64,000 bases of DNA from Octopus vulgaris (GCA_951406725.2 OX597822.1:109430001-109494000), one strand, 5' to 3'; positions 39,441-54,196 are shown, counted from the first letter of the stretch. The notes: generated from the letters alone by a model not told the origin. Made by a program: numbers and translations.

Positions 39441-39613
39441 TACTTGCTCTATTGGCTGTTGGCTGTTGAGGTGTTTAGCTACTCTGGTGTCCATGGCCTT
39501 GGTAAACAGGTTATAGAGGTAAGATAAAAGGCGAATGGAGTGATAGATTTTAAATTGTAATAATAATTATTACTGTTGTTGATTGTGGCGGTGGTGGTGC
39601 CTCGTTTTGAAAC

Positions 39614-39698
<85 letters not shown>

Positions 39699-39699
39699 G

Positions 39700-40340
39700 A
39701 TTCATTAGTGTTGCTTTTGTTCGTTTTCACTCACGTTTTGTTGGAATTCCTGGGGTCTACCTCGTGCAGCGTGCTTACTATCTGCAACCTACAGTACCAT
39801 GCTATTTATTCTTTTCAACAATTTAATTCTTTCCTGATCATTCTGACTGTGTCGAGGAGGTAAACCTCTTGTAACAACTCTCTTGAGCACTCTATTCCGA
39901 TTTACATTATATTCCTTTTGATACCATCCGATATTGTCCCCAAGGACCCGAAAATGATTGGCACCGTTTTCCATAGGCAGACTATTTCGTACTTAGATGG
40001 ATGACACATATCTATCGTTTCGCCTTCCTTCTTGACTATTCGCAGAAAAAATAGGGTCCTCAACATCAACATCATAGCATATGCGGAACACGTTGTTTAC
40101 CACCAGTAATACCAGCTTGTTATTCTCTAGCTCCTGATTTGTTATAATTGGGAAATCCCACAGGATTTTTCAGGTCTCCAACTCTGCCACCCTCATCGGT
40201 TTGTGCTCATACCACGTTAGTTTCAACATTTTACATAGTGCCCAATGCAACCGGTACATCACCGGTCGTCACAACTTATACTGGTTTTAGGCAGCTCTGT
40301 TACACATGCGGCACTGTGGAGACATTGTCTTTTTCCTAAC
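39700..40340 (-). mobile_element. Decayed R4/Dong-type endonuclease and 3' fragment next to (ATT)n
   Basis: Minus strand reads LHWALCK...WYEHKP.RVAELET*KILWDFPI. The 3' side abuts (ATT)n at 39614-39698. Confidence 0.65.
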
Positions 40341-41861
40341 GTTGATCTTCCAGTTTGTGTTCAAAATTTGGTCTTGCGCATCCAACAAATCATCAGGTTA
40401 AATGAAATATTACGGAGAGAAAGATTCCCAAATACATTTATTTCTTTATACAAAGTTCTTCTTAAAATGACTTTGTAAAATAAACTGAAAGAACTCGAGT
40501 ATAATTGTGATAGGTATTCTAGCAATTACAACTGATGAACACTATGAGGGATCCCATTGCATTTAAACCGATCAGCTCCTTAATCCAGTATTCCGTTTAT
40601 TAGACTTCTTTACTTACTGCACCTTATTTGCCACCAACCACCTGTCTATGTAATGCAACTTTGCTCATAAAAATATAGCGTATTAAAAATTTATATTTCA
40701 TTTGTTAATCGATGGTTACGATTTTCAATATCGTATTCATTCGTTTTATATTTTCAATGTAAAAGAAACAGCAATATAATATAAATTCAGTACAATTTCA
40801 TTTCCACTCCACTTCCATTAATACCAAATATTTTTTTTTTCCCCTGTGTCTCCATTTGTCATTCTTGACGTGATAGGATTAAAAAGTCAAGCAGAAATTA
40901 GACGGCATCTTTGCAAACATTTCTGCAAGGATCATGTAATACGTCGAGAAATGATTCCTTAATTGAAATAGTTTTAAGAATATATATTTCTCTTTTTTTC
41001 AAAAAATATAGAAAAATTGCTACAGATGAATGAAAGAAAAATATTCATTCCAATAAAGTGAAATTGGAAATCGGCAGAATAATCCTTTACAATCAAAATA
41101 TCAGATTATAATGAGACTGCTTGCAGTGAAGTGCAGTGATATCTCGGTTAATAGCACATTCACATTACAAATGTTATTTTTATGTACAGGTTTTTTTTGT
41201 ACTTTTCTTTTGCTTCCCAAATAAATAGTAATAGAAAGTTACAAAAACAATTCAAACGAATATATTAGTTCGGACTCGCAGAGATTACGTTGAGGAAAAC
41301 TAAAACACACACGCATGCAAATACATGCACAATATATGAAGAAATCCACAAATACGCATAAATATATATATGTTGGGAAGAGGATGTGTGTGATTGTGGG
41401 TTGTTGATTTCAGGTTGACTGAGATTTGAATTTTGCCAAACGGTATTGTATTGCCTTACGTTTAAATGTTTCAGTGAAGGGTTTGCTTTAGTGAGTGAAG
41501 AAATTTGTGGAGGGACTTAATAGTTTACCAAACAAATTATCGGAATAAAAAGTAGTAGACATGATGGATGAATGAAGAAATGAGGGAGGAGAATCAAGAA
41601 AAACACAATGTATATATGTTTGTGAGTGTATATATATATATATTATGCACAAAGCAACGTACATCAGAAGGCCCAGAACTACGTCTCCTGACCAAGAGAT
41701 TTATTCTTTGCCAAAAAAGGAATCCTCCGTGTCTTCTTTAATCAATATCACAAACCAGCTCCTTATAAAGCACCAACAAATAGCGCTAGTACAGTAGTAG
41801 TTACAGTAGTGTGTACATTTGAGCTGTTGACGTTCCGTCATTAATTAATATCTACATCTAA

Positions 41862-42475
41862 GGCTTAGAGCAGGCAGAAACGTTAGCACGCCGGGCAAAA
41901 TGCGTAGCCGTATTTCGTCTGCCGGTATGTTCTGAGTTCAAATTCTGCCGAGGTCGACTTTGCCTTTCATATTTTCGGGGTCGATAAATTAAGTACCAGT
42001 TACGCACTGGGGTTGATGTAATCGACGTAATCCCTTTCTCTGTCCTTGTTTGTCCTCCTGTGTGTTTAGCCCTTTGTGGGCAGTAAAGAAATAGGTATTT
42101 TGTCAGCCTTTACGTTCTGAATTTAAATTCCGCCGAGGTCAACTTTGTCTTTCATTCTTTCGATTTCGATAATTTAAGTACAAGTTGAACACCGTAGCTG
42201 AAGTAATGTACTTATCCCGCCCCGCCAAACTTGTTGGTCTCGTACGAAAATTTGAAACCAAAGGCGGCAAGTTGGCAGAATCGTTAGCACACCGAACCGA
42301 GCGAATGATTAACGGTATTTCATCCATCTTCGTGTTCTGGGTTCAAATTCTGACGAGGTGAATTGTGTTTTTCATACTATTGGGTTGATGAAATACTTAC
42401 CGGATTAGAAATGGTTTGGATGTAATAAATGTACCTTCTCCCCGGAAATATGTGGCCTTGAGCCAAATTTTAAAT
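41862..42475 (+). mobile_element. Head-to-tail array of three SINE family B units
   Basis: Units at 41862-42093, 42094-42260 (headless, different tail) and 42262-42475 (older). Confidence 0.85.
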
Positions 42476-42747
42476 GTTTAGTTAATTTCTGCATTATTCA
42501 CATTACACAGTGCAGTCAGATACATATGCACACATGAGTGTGGCTGGCTTATGCACTAATATTACACAGGAAATTACCAGTGTATTATCGAATTAGCTTC
42601 TATGTAAGATTTGGTGTATTCTAGGTCGATATTTCCCCTATGTCATCATTACCAGTATTTTTATCACTATTTTCTCCCTAACTTTTTTCTCCTCTGCTCT
42701 CTCTCTCTCTCTCTCTCTCTTGCTTTGTCTTTTTCTCTCTATCTCAC

Positions 42748-42791
<44 letters not shown>

Positions 42792-42929
42792 TAAAAAATG
42801 GAGTAAATACGAAGTTTCTACATTTATAAACAAGGAGTTACAACAACTTTACTTGTGAGATTTTTGCTGCCCTGGTAACTATTTATTTATTTTTCCGTGT
42901 TAATTGTTAACAAGGTAAAAATACACTCA

Positions 42930-42981
<52 letters not shown>

Positions 42982-45356
42982 GTCAGGGTACAATATATAT
43001 CCGTTTGCTTCAAAGCAGAGTTAAAACTCTCCAAAACCATATACCTCTCACTATATGTAAAAACTCACGAAGAATGCAGCAAATTCATTTAGAACAATTG
43101 TCGTCCCTGTTTGTAAAACTAAATATACGAGAGTAGATACCACAGTATCAATTGATTTCGCTTTCTGTACCAAATTCACATTTAAAGCTCATCAGCTAAG
43201 CATGCATGTGAGTGTGTGCATGAATGTGTTAACACCTATTCAACAAATATGATTTCAGATTCGTTAGTGAAACGATTAAAAACAAGTGATCAAATGAGTG
43301 CTTGCAAATGAAAATTAATTCCAAGATTGTTAGAAATATTGGGCCTCATATCACTAAGTAAGCTTGATGCTCCTTCTGTTCCCGTATTTATACATGATGG
43401 TCTTGGCCTGTAAGTGTTTGGAAGATTCATTGTACTTAGGACCTTATGCGTCACCAAAAGTTTATTTGTGAATTACGTGGGGTTCTTTTGAGATGATGAA
43501 TGTGACCTACGTTAGTATACTTTTAAAGCCATCGTTTGTATTTAACCATTTATTTGTTTCAGTCATCAGAATGTGTCCATGCAGAGGCACCGCCTTCGGG
43601 TATTTCGCATTTACGAGGTGTGTGTTTAAGTTATCGTTGGCCAATTCAGTTTGTTTTAATTTATCCGACAGAATTCGATGAAATAGTCCTCAAGAAGCGT
43701 CTACCTTAACAAGATATTCCAAGGAATGTGATTAGAAGTGATTAGAGTAATAGCTAATTTTAAGTTGTGCAGTGTTATTTACCAAATGATAACATGAGCT
43801 CAATCTTATGGTGTCTGTTACTGATACCATGAACGCCAGAACTTCCTCTTCTATGATCAGGCCGTCAGCGATTTAATCTGTAACCATGATCACAAACAGA
43901 CATATAAACTCCCCACTATATACGTGTGTGTGTGTGTGTGCGTATGTGCATATATATATATGGTTCTTTCTGTGTTTGTGTGTGTTTCTGTGTATGTGTG
44001 TGATGTCCGTCTCCATACATATGACAAACAAGTTTTCCTTTTATTTTTTAAATTGCAACAGCATGACGTATGTAATGAGGTGTAATATTGCGGTATCAAA
44101 TGCCGCATCGTCGATGACAGTTCATATTTGATGTGAAACTTTGCAGCACAGTAGACTAAATGAACAATTTCACATATTTATTTCTTTATTGATTATCACC
44201 TTGCCTGCCTGTTGATATCGATTAATAAGCATTCTTTGAATATATATGTACGCCAGTTAGACTTTATGTCTGTGCATGTGTGTATACTTATATGTGTGTG
44301 TGTGTGTGTTTACATATGCGTATGAGTGTGCGGGTGTGAATGTGTGCGTGTCTATCCGCCAGGCCCATGGTAACATGCTGGTGGGAAAGCACTTAAGATA
44401 GCAGGGGAAAAAAAACGTTAAAAGACAGGTAAAGAAAGAAAATGGTTAAGAAGTATATCACATAGCAAGGAAGGAAAACTGGATAGCTTATGTACATAGC
44501 TTGAACAACAACACAAAAACAGAAGTGTCTGTGTTCTGCAATGAGTCAGATGCAAAAAGTATTCCGAATTACGAATCAGTACCTCAATGCAAATCAATAC
44601 ATACTAGGAGGGGAATGTGGTGGAGAAGATAACGCTTCGAAATTGTAATACAAATGCCTGCTGAATGTGAAAATTGTAATTGCACGGAAGAGTAAAAATG
44701 AAAATATATCACAAGTCGGTTAAGAGTTAAAATATATCATGAGTTGAAATATCACGGTGAATATATATCACGAGTCCGTTATTGAACATACTTGAAGAGT
44801 CAGAATAACAACATCGAATCCTGATACCCTCATACTAAAATTGGAGAGAAATATATCATAAAATGGAGAACTGGGAGGGTTTGATGCCTTCAGACGATTG
44901 GTCCTGGTTTATATGCTGTCAACGAATATATAGGAATTACATACGGTGTACATGACGTGAAATATGAGTGCACAAGAGATATTCTGATATCAAGAGTTGA
45001 GCTGGCGGCAAATATAGACATTTATGTGTCGGACGTGCAGGGGTAGAAAGCAGTCAGATTAAAGAAGAAAAAAAGCTTCAGTGTTTAGAAAGCGCTATAG
45101 GTTTAGTTCATAGCCTCCACTACCTACGCGACCCAAATCAACTGTGGAGGGGTATTCGTCCTCTGCAATCATAGACGTAATAATATGGACAAATTGGAAA
45201 TCTTCAGGGAACTATTGCTTCTGATGATGTTGATGGGATCCTCTCTTCATCGTCTGCTAGTTAGTGCTACTATTGTATAGCAGTGAGGAGTAGGCAGTGA
45301 ACGCAGAGAATGTGCGATGGTTGGATGGAAGCAGAGGAAGCATTCTCTCTGGGCAC

Positions 45357-45441
<85 letters not shown>

Positions 45442-45954
45442 GTAACACAGTGTTTCTTAAACTGTTCCTGTATGTAGGTAATTTATTTCGGCTCCAGACA
45501 TCTACAAAATAATCGAAGGATTTTAAACCTACGTCAAATCACAAGCTACATTGCTCACTTCAAATAAATATATTTCGCACCTCTGAATATATAACTTCTG
45601 CAGGTTTAAAACCTATGCCGTATCAATTACTGGATATCTTTTAAAGAATGTTCAATGTGGCTGCGCACCTACCGTTTTCCCAAGTGTATATTCCAAGCGA
45701 TAATATTTTTCTGAAATTGTGAAACCACTTCTACTATTCGTATTCAGGGGCAAAGAATGATAAACCTTTTACAAACGTAATTAGGCTACACCTCCGAAGT
45801 CATCCGTTCATTGTCAAAGTATTACTGCACGGCTGCTACTACTGCTCAAATCTAATTAACAGGTATATCTTTTATTGCAATATTTTTTTATTACACTTAA
45901 GGGTCTTCCTAGATGTCAACCGAACGTCATTTCTGCTACTTTGAAATGCATATA

Positions 45955-47245
45955 CGAGGAGCGTTCAATAAGTAATGCCTCTGAACCACTTCCCATAGCA
46001 GTAGAGCAACGAAACGTGGCACAATTATTAGTCTTTTTCTACATAGGAACCACCCAGAGTTACGCATTTCTACCATCGTTTGATGCAGCTCTGGAGACCG
46101 TTTTTGTAGAAGACCCCAGCTTGGTCCTCCAACCTGAACGTGACTTCAGAAATCAAGGCTGCATCATCTGGGAAACGCTTTCCTTTCAAAAACAACTTCA
46201 TGACTGGGAAGAGGTGAAAATCAGAGGTGCAAGGTCAGGAAAGTAGGGGGGATGGGGGAGGAGTTCATAGCCATACGCCTGTGCTTCTGATCTGGCGACA
46301 AGCGAGTTGTGGACCGCAGCGTTGTCCTGCAGGAGGAGGATGCCTTTGCTGAACTTGCCCCGCCTCTTGATTTTGATAACTTCTCTTAATTTCCTGAAAC
46401 GTGAAGCATAATAGGCTCCTGCAATTGTGGTACCCTTTGCCAGAAAATCTATCATTACTACTCCGTCCTGGTCCCAGAAGACTGTGAACATGACCTTGCC
46501 AGCGGAGGGCGGCACCCTTGCCTTCTTTGGAGGTGGTGAGTCACGGTGCTTCCACTGCATTGACTGGGCTTTGGTCTCTAGATCATCGTGATGGACCCAG
46601 GTTTCATCTTGTGTAATCAATCTTTTGAAAAATTTTGACTCATCTTCTTGGCACATCTCCAAATTCACCCTCGAGCCCTCGACGCGTTCTTGCTTTTGGA
46701 AAGGCGTGAGCAACCTGGGAATCCATCTGGCAGACACCTTTTGCATATGCAAATGGTCACGAATGATAGCTTCCACAGGCCCGGTACTAATCGTGACCTC
46801 ATGGGCTATTTGGCGAATAATTATGCGTCGATCTTCCAAAATGGCAGCCTCAACTTGACGGACAGACGTCTCATCAACGGCAGAAGGGGGCGACCAGATC
46901 TGGGAGCTGTTTCCACAGAGTTCCGACCATGTTTGAATTCACGATGCTAGCGTTTTACAAGGTCATATGATGGGGCATCATCACCATAAGTTACTTTCAT
47001 TTCATCAAAAGTCTCCCGTGGTGTGCGTCCTTTCAAATACAAAAACCGGATCACTGCTCGACACTCAACAGGCTCCATTTCACACTTGACTCGGTTCAAA
47101 CACCTGTAAATCAGAAACCACGATTAATTCAGAGCTGTAATTTGCCACTTACTCTATAGAGATCTTAATGATTGCACATGCAACATTTCAGCTAGATCAA
47201 AAAACTGCAATTGGGTCAGAGGCATTACTTATTGAACGTCCCTCG
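45955..47245 (-). mobile_element. Full-length mariner (DD34D), defective transposase at about 46028-47078
   Basis: 1291 bp; 33-bp TIRs (cgaggagcgttcaataagtaatgcctctgaacc; 3 mismatches) flanked by TA. Motifs WIPRLL, TQDETWVHH, LLQDNA and HPPYFPDLAP; one premature stop and two frameshifts. Confidence 0.95.
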
Positions 47246-48524
47246 TAAGCATTCATCTGAAACTGGTTTGCACAAAAATTTGTGTTCACTGATACTCAAC
47301 GTCACTTTTTGTGTATTGTTATCTTTCACTGAAACTTCAGTATTCTTGAAGTACCTATCTTCCTCTATTTTTAATACAGTAATATTTGCATAATACTGTT
47401 AAAATTGTTATATCTTAGCCGTCAAACCTCGCAAAACTGAGGCCAAAATTCTCCTTCAATAAAACGCACACAATTAAGAAACGAATTTAGTAATTCACTT
47501 ATGTTGCAATAAACAGTATCCCTTGGAAATATCTAGAGAAGCTGGTCGTTTTTTTTCTTCCATGATATTTGGACATTCAAGCCCTCAAAAATACGACCTG
47601 ATAGAGACCACAATGATAATACATTTTCGTAATCCAATGGCTAAATATTTTAGTCTGACTTTAAAAACCTTGATATCATTACTTCTGAAAAAATTTATTT
47701 GTAAATATATTATTATTACAGGTTGATGCTTATTACATTCCTACAAGAGAAAGTATTTACATAAAATTCTATTACGTTTAAGGCAACAGTTACCGGGAAT
47801 TGTGTCGTACGAAATCCCGTTGCATTACAGCTGTGGAAGTGAATTAAATACAACTGAAATTATTAAACATATTTTATAATTTTAGTATTTGCACGTTCTA
47901 AAATCCGGAAGAAATATCGAATTTATTTTTCTGGAAACCAAGAGATATGTATATTGTTGAAATCACAGCTCACGTTTCTGTTACATGAATACATATGCCT
48001 CTCTCGCAAGTGTACCGTATTGTCGCTAATTGAATTAGGCACTTGTGTCGCTTCAAATTGATATGGATGCAGTCACAACTCTCCCAAACATGACCAGAAG
48101 GAGCAATGGGAATTTGACATCAATAGAGAGAAAAAGGGTCGCCGCTGTATTCATTTAGTGTTTATATTACAAAATAGGTTGGATCAACATGCATTTAAAT
48201 GCTTTACTAGAGGTCATAACGTCCTGTCTTGTCCAAAAACGGCTCTGTCACATTTATGTCTATCAGTTCAACTCTCGGCCCTCGTAGCGTCTTTACTATA
48301 CCCCAACATGTCTATATGTACATGTTTAATGAACCTGAATCTCTATTATGTATATTAAATCAGACAGTGTCATGATAATTATGATATCGTAGAAATGATA
48401 TTAAATTACTTGGCAATTTGAAGAGTGGAAACAAACAAAAAACAGCTTTTATCTTTTGGTACTTTTTATTTAAGTGTTAAATTACTTACGGATAAAGTTT
48501 ATAATCTTAGCATCTTGCTAGATG

Positions 48525-49145
48525 TTAGTTAGTTAATTAGTTAGTTAATTTGGCTCAAACGCAAATAGCAAGGCCATGTAGGGGGACATGGAGTTAAGTA
48601 CAGGGTGGTGTTCATGTAAAGAGTTCAGGCCACTTGAGGTCAAGGGAGGCTTTGAACAAAGCGGTCGTCGGCATCTTCACCATCTCGTCTGGCAGCTTGT
48701 TCCATGGATCCGCAACCCGGACGGAGAAAACTCCTCTCCTTCGATTGAGATGAAATCGTCGCAGGTAGAGCTTTTCGGAATGACCCCGCAGCCGACGCTC
48801 TGGAGCAGGAGTGAAGAACAGCTCTTTCGAGAGGTTACACTTTCCGCTTATGATGTGGGCGAGAATGAGATCACCACGGCGGCGGCGTTTTTCTACAGAT
48901 TAAAGGTCGAGCGTCCTCAGCCTTTCTTCATAGGACACATTTTTGAGACCATGAACCGTGCGGGTAGCCAGCTTCTGGACTCTTTCGAGATGCTGTATGT
49001 CTTTGAGGAGATAAGGAGAAGAGGCTTGAATCCCGTACTCCAATATGGGGCTCACCAGCGTGACATAGAGTGGTAGGAATATAGCAGCTGTGAGCATTCC
49101 GAATGACCGTCGAATCAAAAACAGAATTCCACGCGCTTTGTTTGC
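48525..49145 (-). mobile_element. CR1-group LINE 3' end (5'-truncated)
   Basis: LYVTLVSPILEYGIQASSPYL.KDI..LERVQKLATR...SYEERL...RRRRGDLI, ending in a short (taac)n-like tandem tail. Confidence 0.88.
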
Positions 49146-49470
49146 TTCTTGAGTATAACCAAGACTTATGATAAGAATCGTAAGAGAATATTTCGCCGAA
49201 ATACGAAATGTTTCGTATTTAGCGTAATCAGCAGATTTAGAATCAATCTGAGATCTTGCGCACTGTTATTAAAGTACCAAACAAGTTCTATTTTTTATTG
49301 ATTAATCTATATATTAACAGATTTGTCATTGTTTTTATTCATATTTAATTTTGGAATGCTTAAACCTGTCTTACGTTCTTCTCTGCGGGATAGTAGACGA
49401 TTATCTGTCTACATTAAAAGCATTTTCACATTAGAGAGAATATCAGTAGTAAGAGTATTACTATTGGTTG

Positions 49471-49612
49471 TGATGATGATGATGATGATGATAACGATGG
49501 TACTGCCGCTGCTAGTGACTTTGCTACTGCTGCTGCTGCTAATGATGATGATGATGATGATAATGATGATAATGATGATGATGATGACGACGACGACGAC
49601 GACGACGACGAC

Positions 49613-49674
<62 letters not shown>

Positions 49675-49716
49675 CGATGATGGAGGCGGCGGCGGCGGCG
49701 TTGGTGGTGGTGGTGG

Positions 49717-49788
<72 letters not shown>

Positions 49789-49827
49789 CGGTGATGGAGG
49801 CGGCGGTGGCGTTGGTGGTGTTGTTGG

Positions 49828-49867
<40 letters not shown>

Positions 49868-49868
49868 A
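49471..49868. repeat. Compound trinucleotide microsatellite (GAT/GAC/GGC/GGT)
   Basis: Direct reading; includes a duplicated gacg.tgatggaggcggc..gttggtg block. Confidence 0.95.
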
Positions 49869-50874
49869 GTAAAAGGTGAAACCGAGGGGCAAATTGCTTG
49901 GCTTCTGAATGTAAGCAATAGCAATAAGTGTGAAAAAAAATTGGTGAATATTTTGATAGATAACAACTAACACTATGTAAAAAGGTATCGATCTTCATCA
50001 TATACATTCAGAATCAATAAATGGACAAGTTACGGTTGTCTTGTACTATGTGCAAAGAATCTATCTAAACAAGGCCCATATCAATACCAGGCAATTTCGA
50101 TCATTCTCTGTTACAAAAAATGACATACAAATAATTTAAATAAAAAAAAATCTCATTCAGTACTCAAGAATTAACAACAAAAAGCTTTCTTCGAAACTTA
50201 AGCATCCAGGTACACATTAAATATCACCAGGTACAAGTAAGACGTTCAGGGATGAAAATGGCGGCAGTCAAAATAAAGGGCTGCAATTTTGTTCCTTTAG
50301 TTTCTCAAAGGCTTTTACGGAGATTTAAGTATTATTCATGTGTCGATGGCATATCATCGTCAGCAGTTAATTTGCTCTAAATTTCTATAAGCGTAAACGC
50401 GAGAACAAGAGCTCGGGCTGATGAAAGTGATTTGAATTTAAATTTATGCATTTTTTTATGAACAAGTGCCTCAGGTTTTAAATATGAATGATAATGTATA
50501 GCATGTTAACACATACCTTCATAGATATTCCGTTATACTATACTTTGGAAACCAATAAACTTGATATGATCATGGAGAAACGAAAGAGCCGACATCGTAA
50601 GATAAGTGAGTTTTAAATCCCGAAAAAATTGTTTTCAGCAAAGAAAATAAGTAAATGCGGAAATATTAAAATACAGCCAAATAGATGAAGGTATTTCAGA
50701 ACACAAAGGTGAAATTATTTCCCCGTAGTTATTAGTCATCAAATGATATCTGAAGTTATATCTGCAATGTGGTATTGCACAAAAATGTTATTCTGTGTTC
50801 CAGAAGACATATAAGGATTGTTTTGAGATGGGGAATCCAAAAATCTGCTAATTTAATTAGAAGGAAATACTTTC

Positions 50875-50923
<49 letters not shown>

Positions 50924-51560
50924 GAAGGAGAAGAAGAAGAAGAAGAAGAAGAAGAAGAAGAAGAAGAAGAAGAAGAAGAAGAAGAAGAAGAAGAAGACAT
51001 TTAAAGCAAGATATCATCGCCAAAGTAAAAAAATCCGCTGCTAGGACAAAAACACAACGTTCTTTTAACAAAACAAACCGTTCACCTCCAACCCCAACGA
51101 ATCTCCGAAAATCTTGGCTAAAATACAATAGAGATTAATGCAGCACCACCAGTAGAAATGTGGAAGAATTTTCGAAAGAAATACGGTCAACGATGGAACA
51201 ACCCTAGAAAACATCTATCTAAATAATAAACACAGCACCTGAAAGATTCTAGATTTCTATAACACATGAAGTGTTTACCCAAGTACTTCAAATGTTAAGC
51301 AACTGGAAGGTACTCGGACACGACAAGACCCTCACCTTCTAGTTATTTAAAATATCTAGCAACAACACATAAAACGCTGGTTGAGGAGTTTAATGCTTGA
51401 ATGGATGGGATATGGAAAGTAAAACTATCCTAATTCCCAAATTCACTCAAACATCAAGTCGATAAAATTAAACACCCACCAACTTATAAAGCCTTTACTA
51501 CAATGATATCGCAGAGATTGGGCAAGCAGAAGGGATGCTGCAAGAACTCTTACGGATGTT
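50875..51560 (+). mobile_element. (AAT)n-(GAA)n microsatellite followed by a decayed R4-like RT N-terminal fragment
   Basis: LKQDIIAKVKK, NWKVLGHDK (NWK.PG.D-like) and KTILIPK remnants. Confidence 0.5.
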
Positions 51561-51899
51561 AAGTGCAGCTATTGCTCAATAGACCCTCTGTCCGGATGTA
51601 TGGTATGACAATATCCATGTTTTGAGTTTATTTATCATATTCCTATCTACGTTTCTCATATTCATAGGAAGTTTTTTTTTTCTACTGGAGAATTCATCAA
51701 ATTAGTGAATCGTCTTTGAATATCAAGTAATTCATTATCTAGTTGGTTCATTTCCCTGGCATCTCCACCCACCACAGTATCAGAGTTTACTGTATAACGT
51801 TCCTGTTCCTCATTTCAGCACAGAGATTTACTCCAAGACTCCAAGAGCTTTCAACCAATGTTGATCCTTACTTCCGTGCCATCATTAAATTGCTTCAGA

Positions 51900-53090
51900 A
51901 TAGTGAGAAACTTTATCGGACATCCAAGTCTCCTCAAGATCTCCCACAAAACAGAGTTAAAAGCCTCAGTAAGATCAATAAATACCTGATACTATCTTAT
52001 TTGCTGTTCCACCCACTTTTCCTCTAACTGCCGTGCAGAGAGGATCGTGTCAACAGTTCTCCTATCATTTCCGAATCCACTCTGTGATTCAGGAAGCATC
52101 TCATTAGCCACATGTATCTGTAACCGGTCCAACATAATTCGTGATAAAACTTTGCCAATTGTGGCAAGCAAGCAAATACCACGAAAGTCATTGCATTCAT
52201 CCTTTTGTCCCTTACCCTTGAACACTAATTATAGGATTGCATCCTTCAATTCCTTTGGCATAACTTCAGTTTTTCCTATCTTCTGTATTACTGCTATCAG
52301 CATTTCTAACAAGTAATACCCCACAAACTTAAACAGTTCTACATTTACATTATCAGCTTCCGGTGCTTCGCGGTGCTTTTAAAGGCAGCCCCAGCAATAT
52401 CATTCTACCATTTACACTGTGTGGCAATTTCTCTAGCTTATCAAGCAAGGAGGATTTTAGAGCAAATGCAACACCAATTTTCTTTTTCTTCTTTCCCACT
52501 CCAATAAATGGTGTAGCCACTGGATTTCTCAGTAAAGTTACCTTGCCAAAGAAATCTAGTCTCTGATAATGTTACAATGTCTATTGCATACTTTTGCATC
52601 TCTTTACCAATATGAGCAGACCTCTCTGGATATTTTTTTAAAATTCTGAATCCAATAATGTTCTTACATTCCATCATCCAATATTCATGGAAAATGTTCT
52701 GTTGTTGCTTCATGCAGTGGTAGGATAACGACCGAGCCCATACTGCAATACCCTGAGATACCTGCCAGGCCAGACCTGTTCACCTCTCGATCCCAAGTCC
52801 TTTTTTTGCCATTTACATTTTCATAGTTTACGGATCTCAAAATTGTTTTTAAGCCTTTTTCGGGTTACACTCACTCCTATTCATTGAGCTCGTGCAACTT
52901 CAGCAATTTTCTTAAGCGAGGAGAGAGCGTGCAATCACACAATCCAACTCTCTAAGTACCAAAAGCATAAACCATAAAATGAAAATATCCTCATCAATGG
53001 ATGCTCTTTGAGACTGCAGGTTTAATTCCGGAGTATCCTTCTCCTAAACAGCTTGTCATCCAATGCTAAAGAGCTACTATCCGCCAACCA
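51900..53090 (-). mobile_element. Decayed RTE (BovB-like) LINE, 5' part with internal deletion
   Basis: APE DIVTLSETRF...GYTIYWSG; RT KG.K.ECNDFRGICLL...LPESQSGF...TVDTI.SARQLEEK; RTE-like 5' UTR motif at about 53035-53085. Confidence 0.85.
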
Positions 53091-54146
53091 TAGGGGTTTT
53101 ACATGCGCTCACACCGGCACACACACACACAAATACACATTAACAGCCACAGAGTTAATAATAATGAATACACACGATCATATACACTGAACAAGATAAA
53201 AAAATATTGATACATATATACGTAATACAAATAAAAATATGAAATATATAGCCTTTGAGTCTTCTGAGTTCTTCCGTCTTTTGACGGGACTTGTTTTTAT
53301 GCCGCAGGGTATCCAGAAGTCACCCTTCTCACCAAGTAAGCTTGGTGGCTGCCGGGTTTGTCACCGACGTCCCGACCATGCAGCAGGTTGTACTGGGTTC
53401 CATGTTACCAGTAGCATATACGAGCCAACTGACAAAATATATAGATATGTGTATATGTATGTGTGTATGTTTGTGTCTATGTTTGTACATATGAATGCAT
53501 TTATGTATCTATGTATGTACGTATGTATATATATGTGTTCGTGTGTATGTATATACATATATAAATACATATGCATATAAACGTATTGAAATATCCATTG
53601 ATTAAATATAAGGGAAAACCAAATTCGTTCGCTAACTTTAAAATCATAAAGAAACGCCCGAAGTTACTTGGTAATGATATAAAAGCTGGGAAAAACATGA
53701 TTGATAGAGCTGGGGGAATGCATATACATTAAACATTCAATAATCCTTCATGTCGGTACGTGTGATTCGGCTAAGGATCTACAAATTTATGTAAACTTGG
53801 TATGATGGTTTCCGACATTTTCCAATTATCTTAATTAAATTCAGTCAGCATTTCACCTTGCTGTTTTATATCGCTCGGTAAGAAATTACATTTTTTTCTT
53901 ACATTACAACACAAGCGGTTTTTTTTTTTTATTTGTTCACTTTTTTTTTCTTGTCTCTGTGGGAAACAATATATCCGTCATACTGGCTTTAATACATCTA
54001 TTTTTGGATAACTTTTACTGATATTATAATGGTTCCACGTTTTATTTATTTTCTCGTACGTAGCAAATTCCATAATAGCAGCTCTAAAAAAATTTTATGA
54101 GAGTGAGGCTGTATAGCGTGATTACACAGAAATATATGCACACATC

Positions 54147-54196
<50 letters not shown>

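Noticed and set aside
44360-45500. Possible very old LINE remnant
   Set aside because: Composition is suggestive, but no convincing RT, endonuclease or RNase H motif was readable.
49323-50007. Long poly-M/I/S/H ORFs, and similar YI/HT/poly-L ORFs across the window
   Set aside because: These are translations of simple repeats with no splice or domain support.
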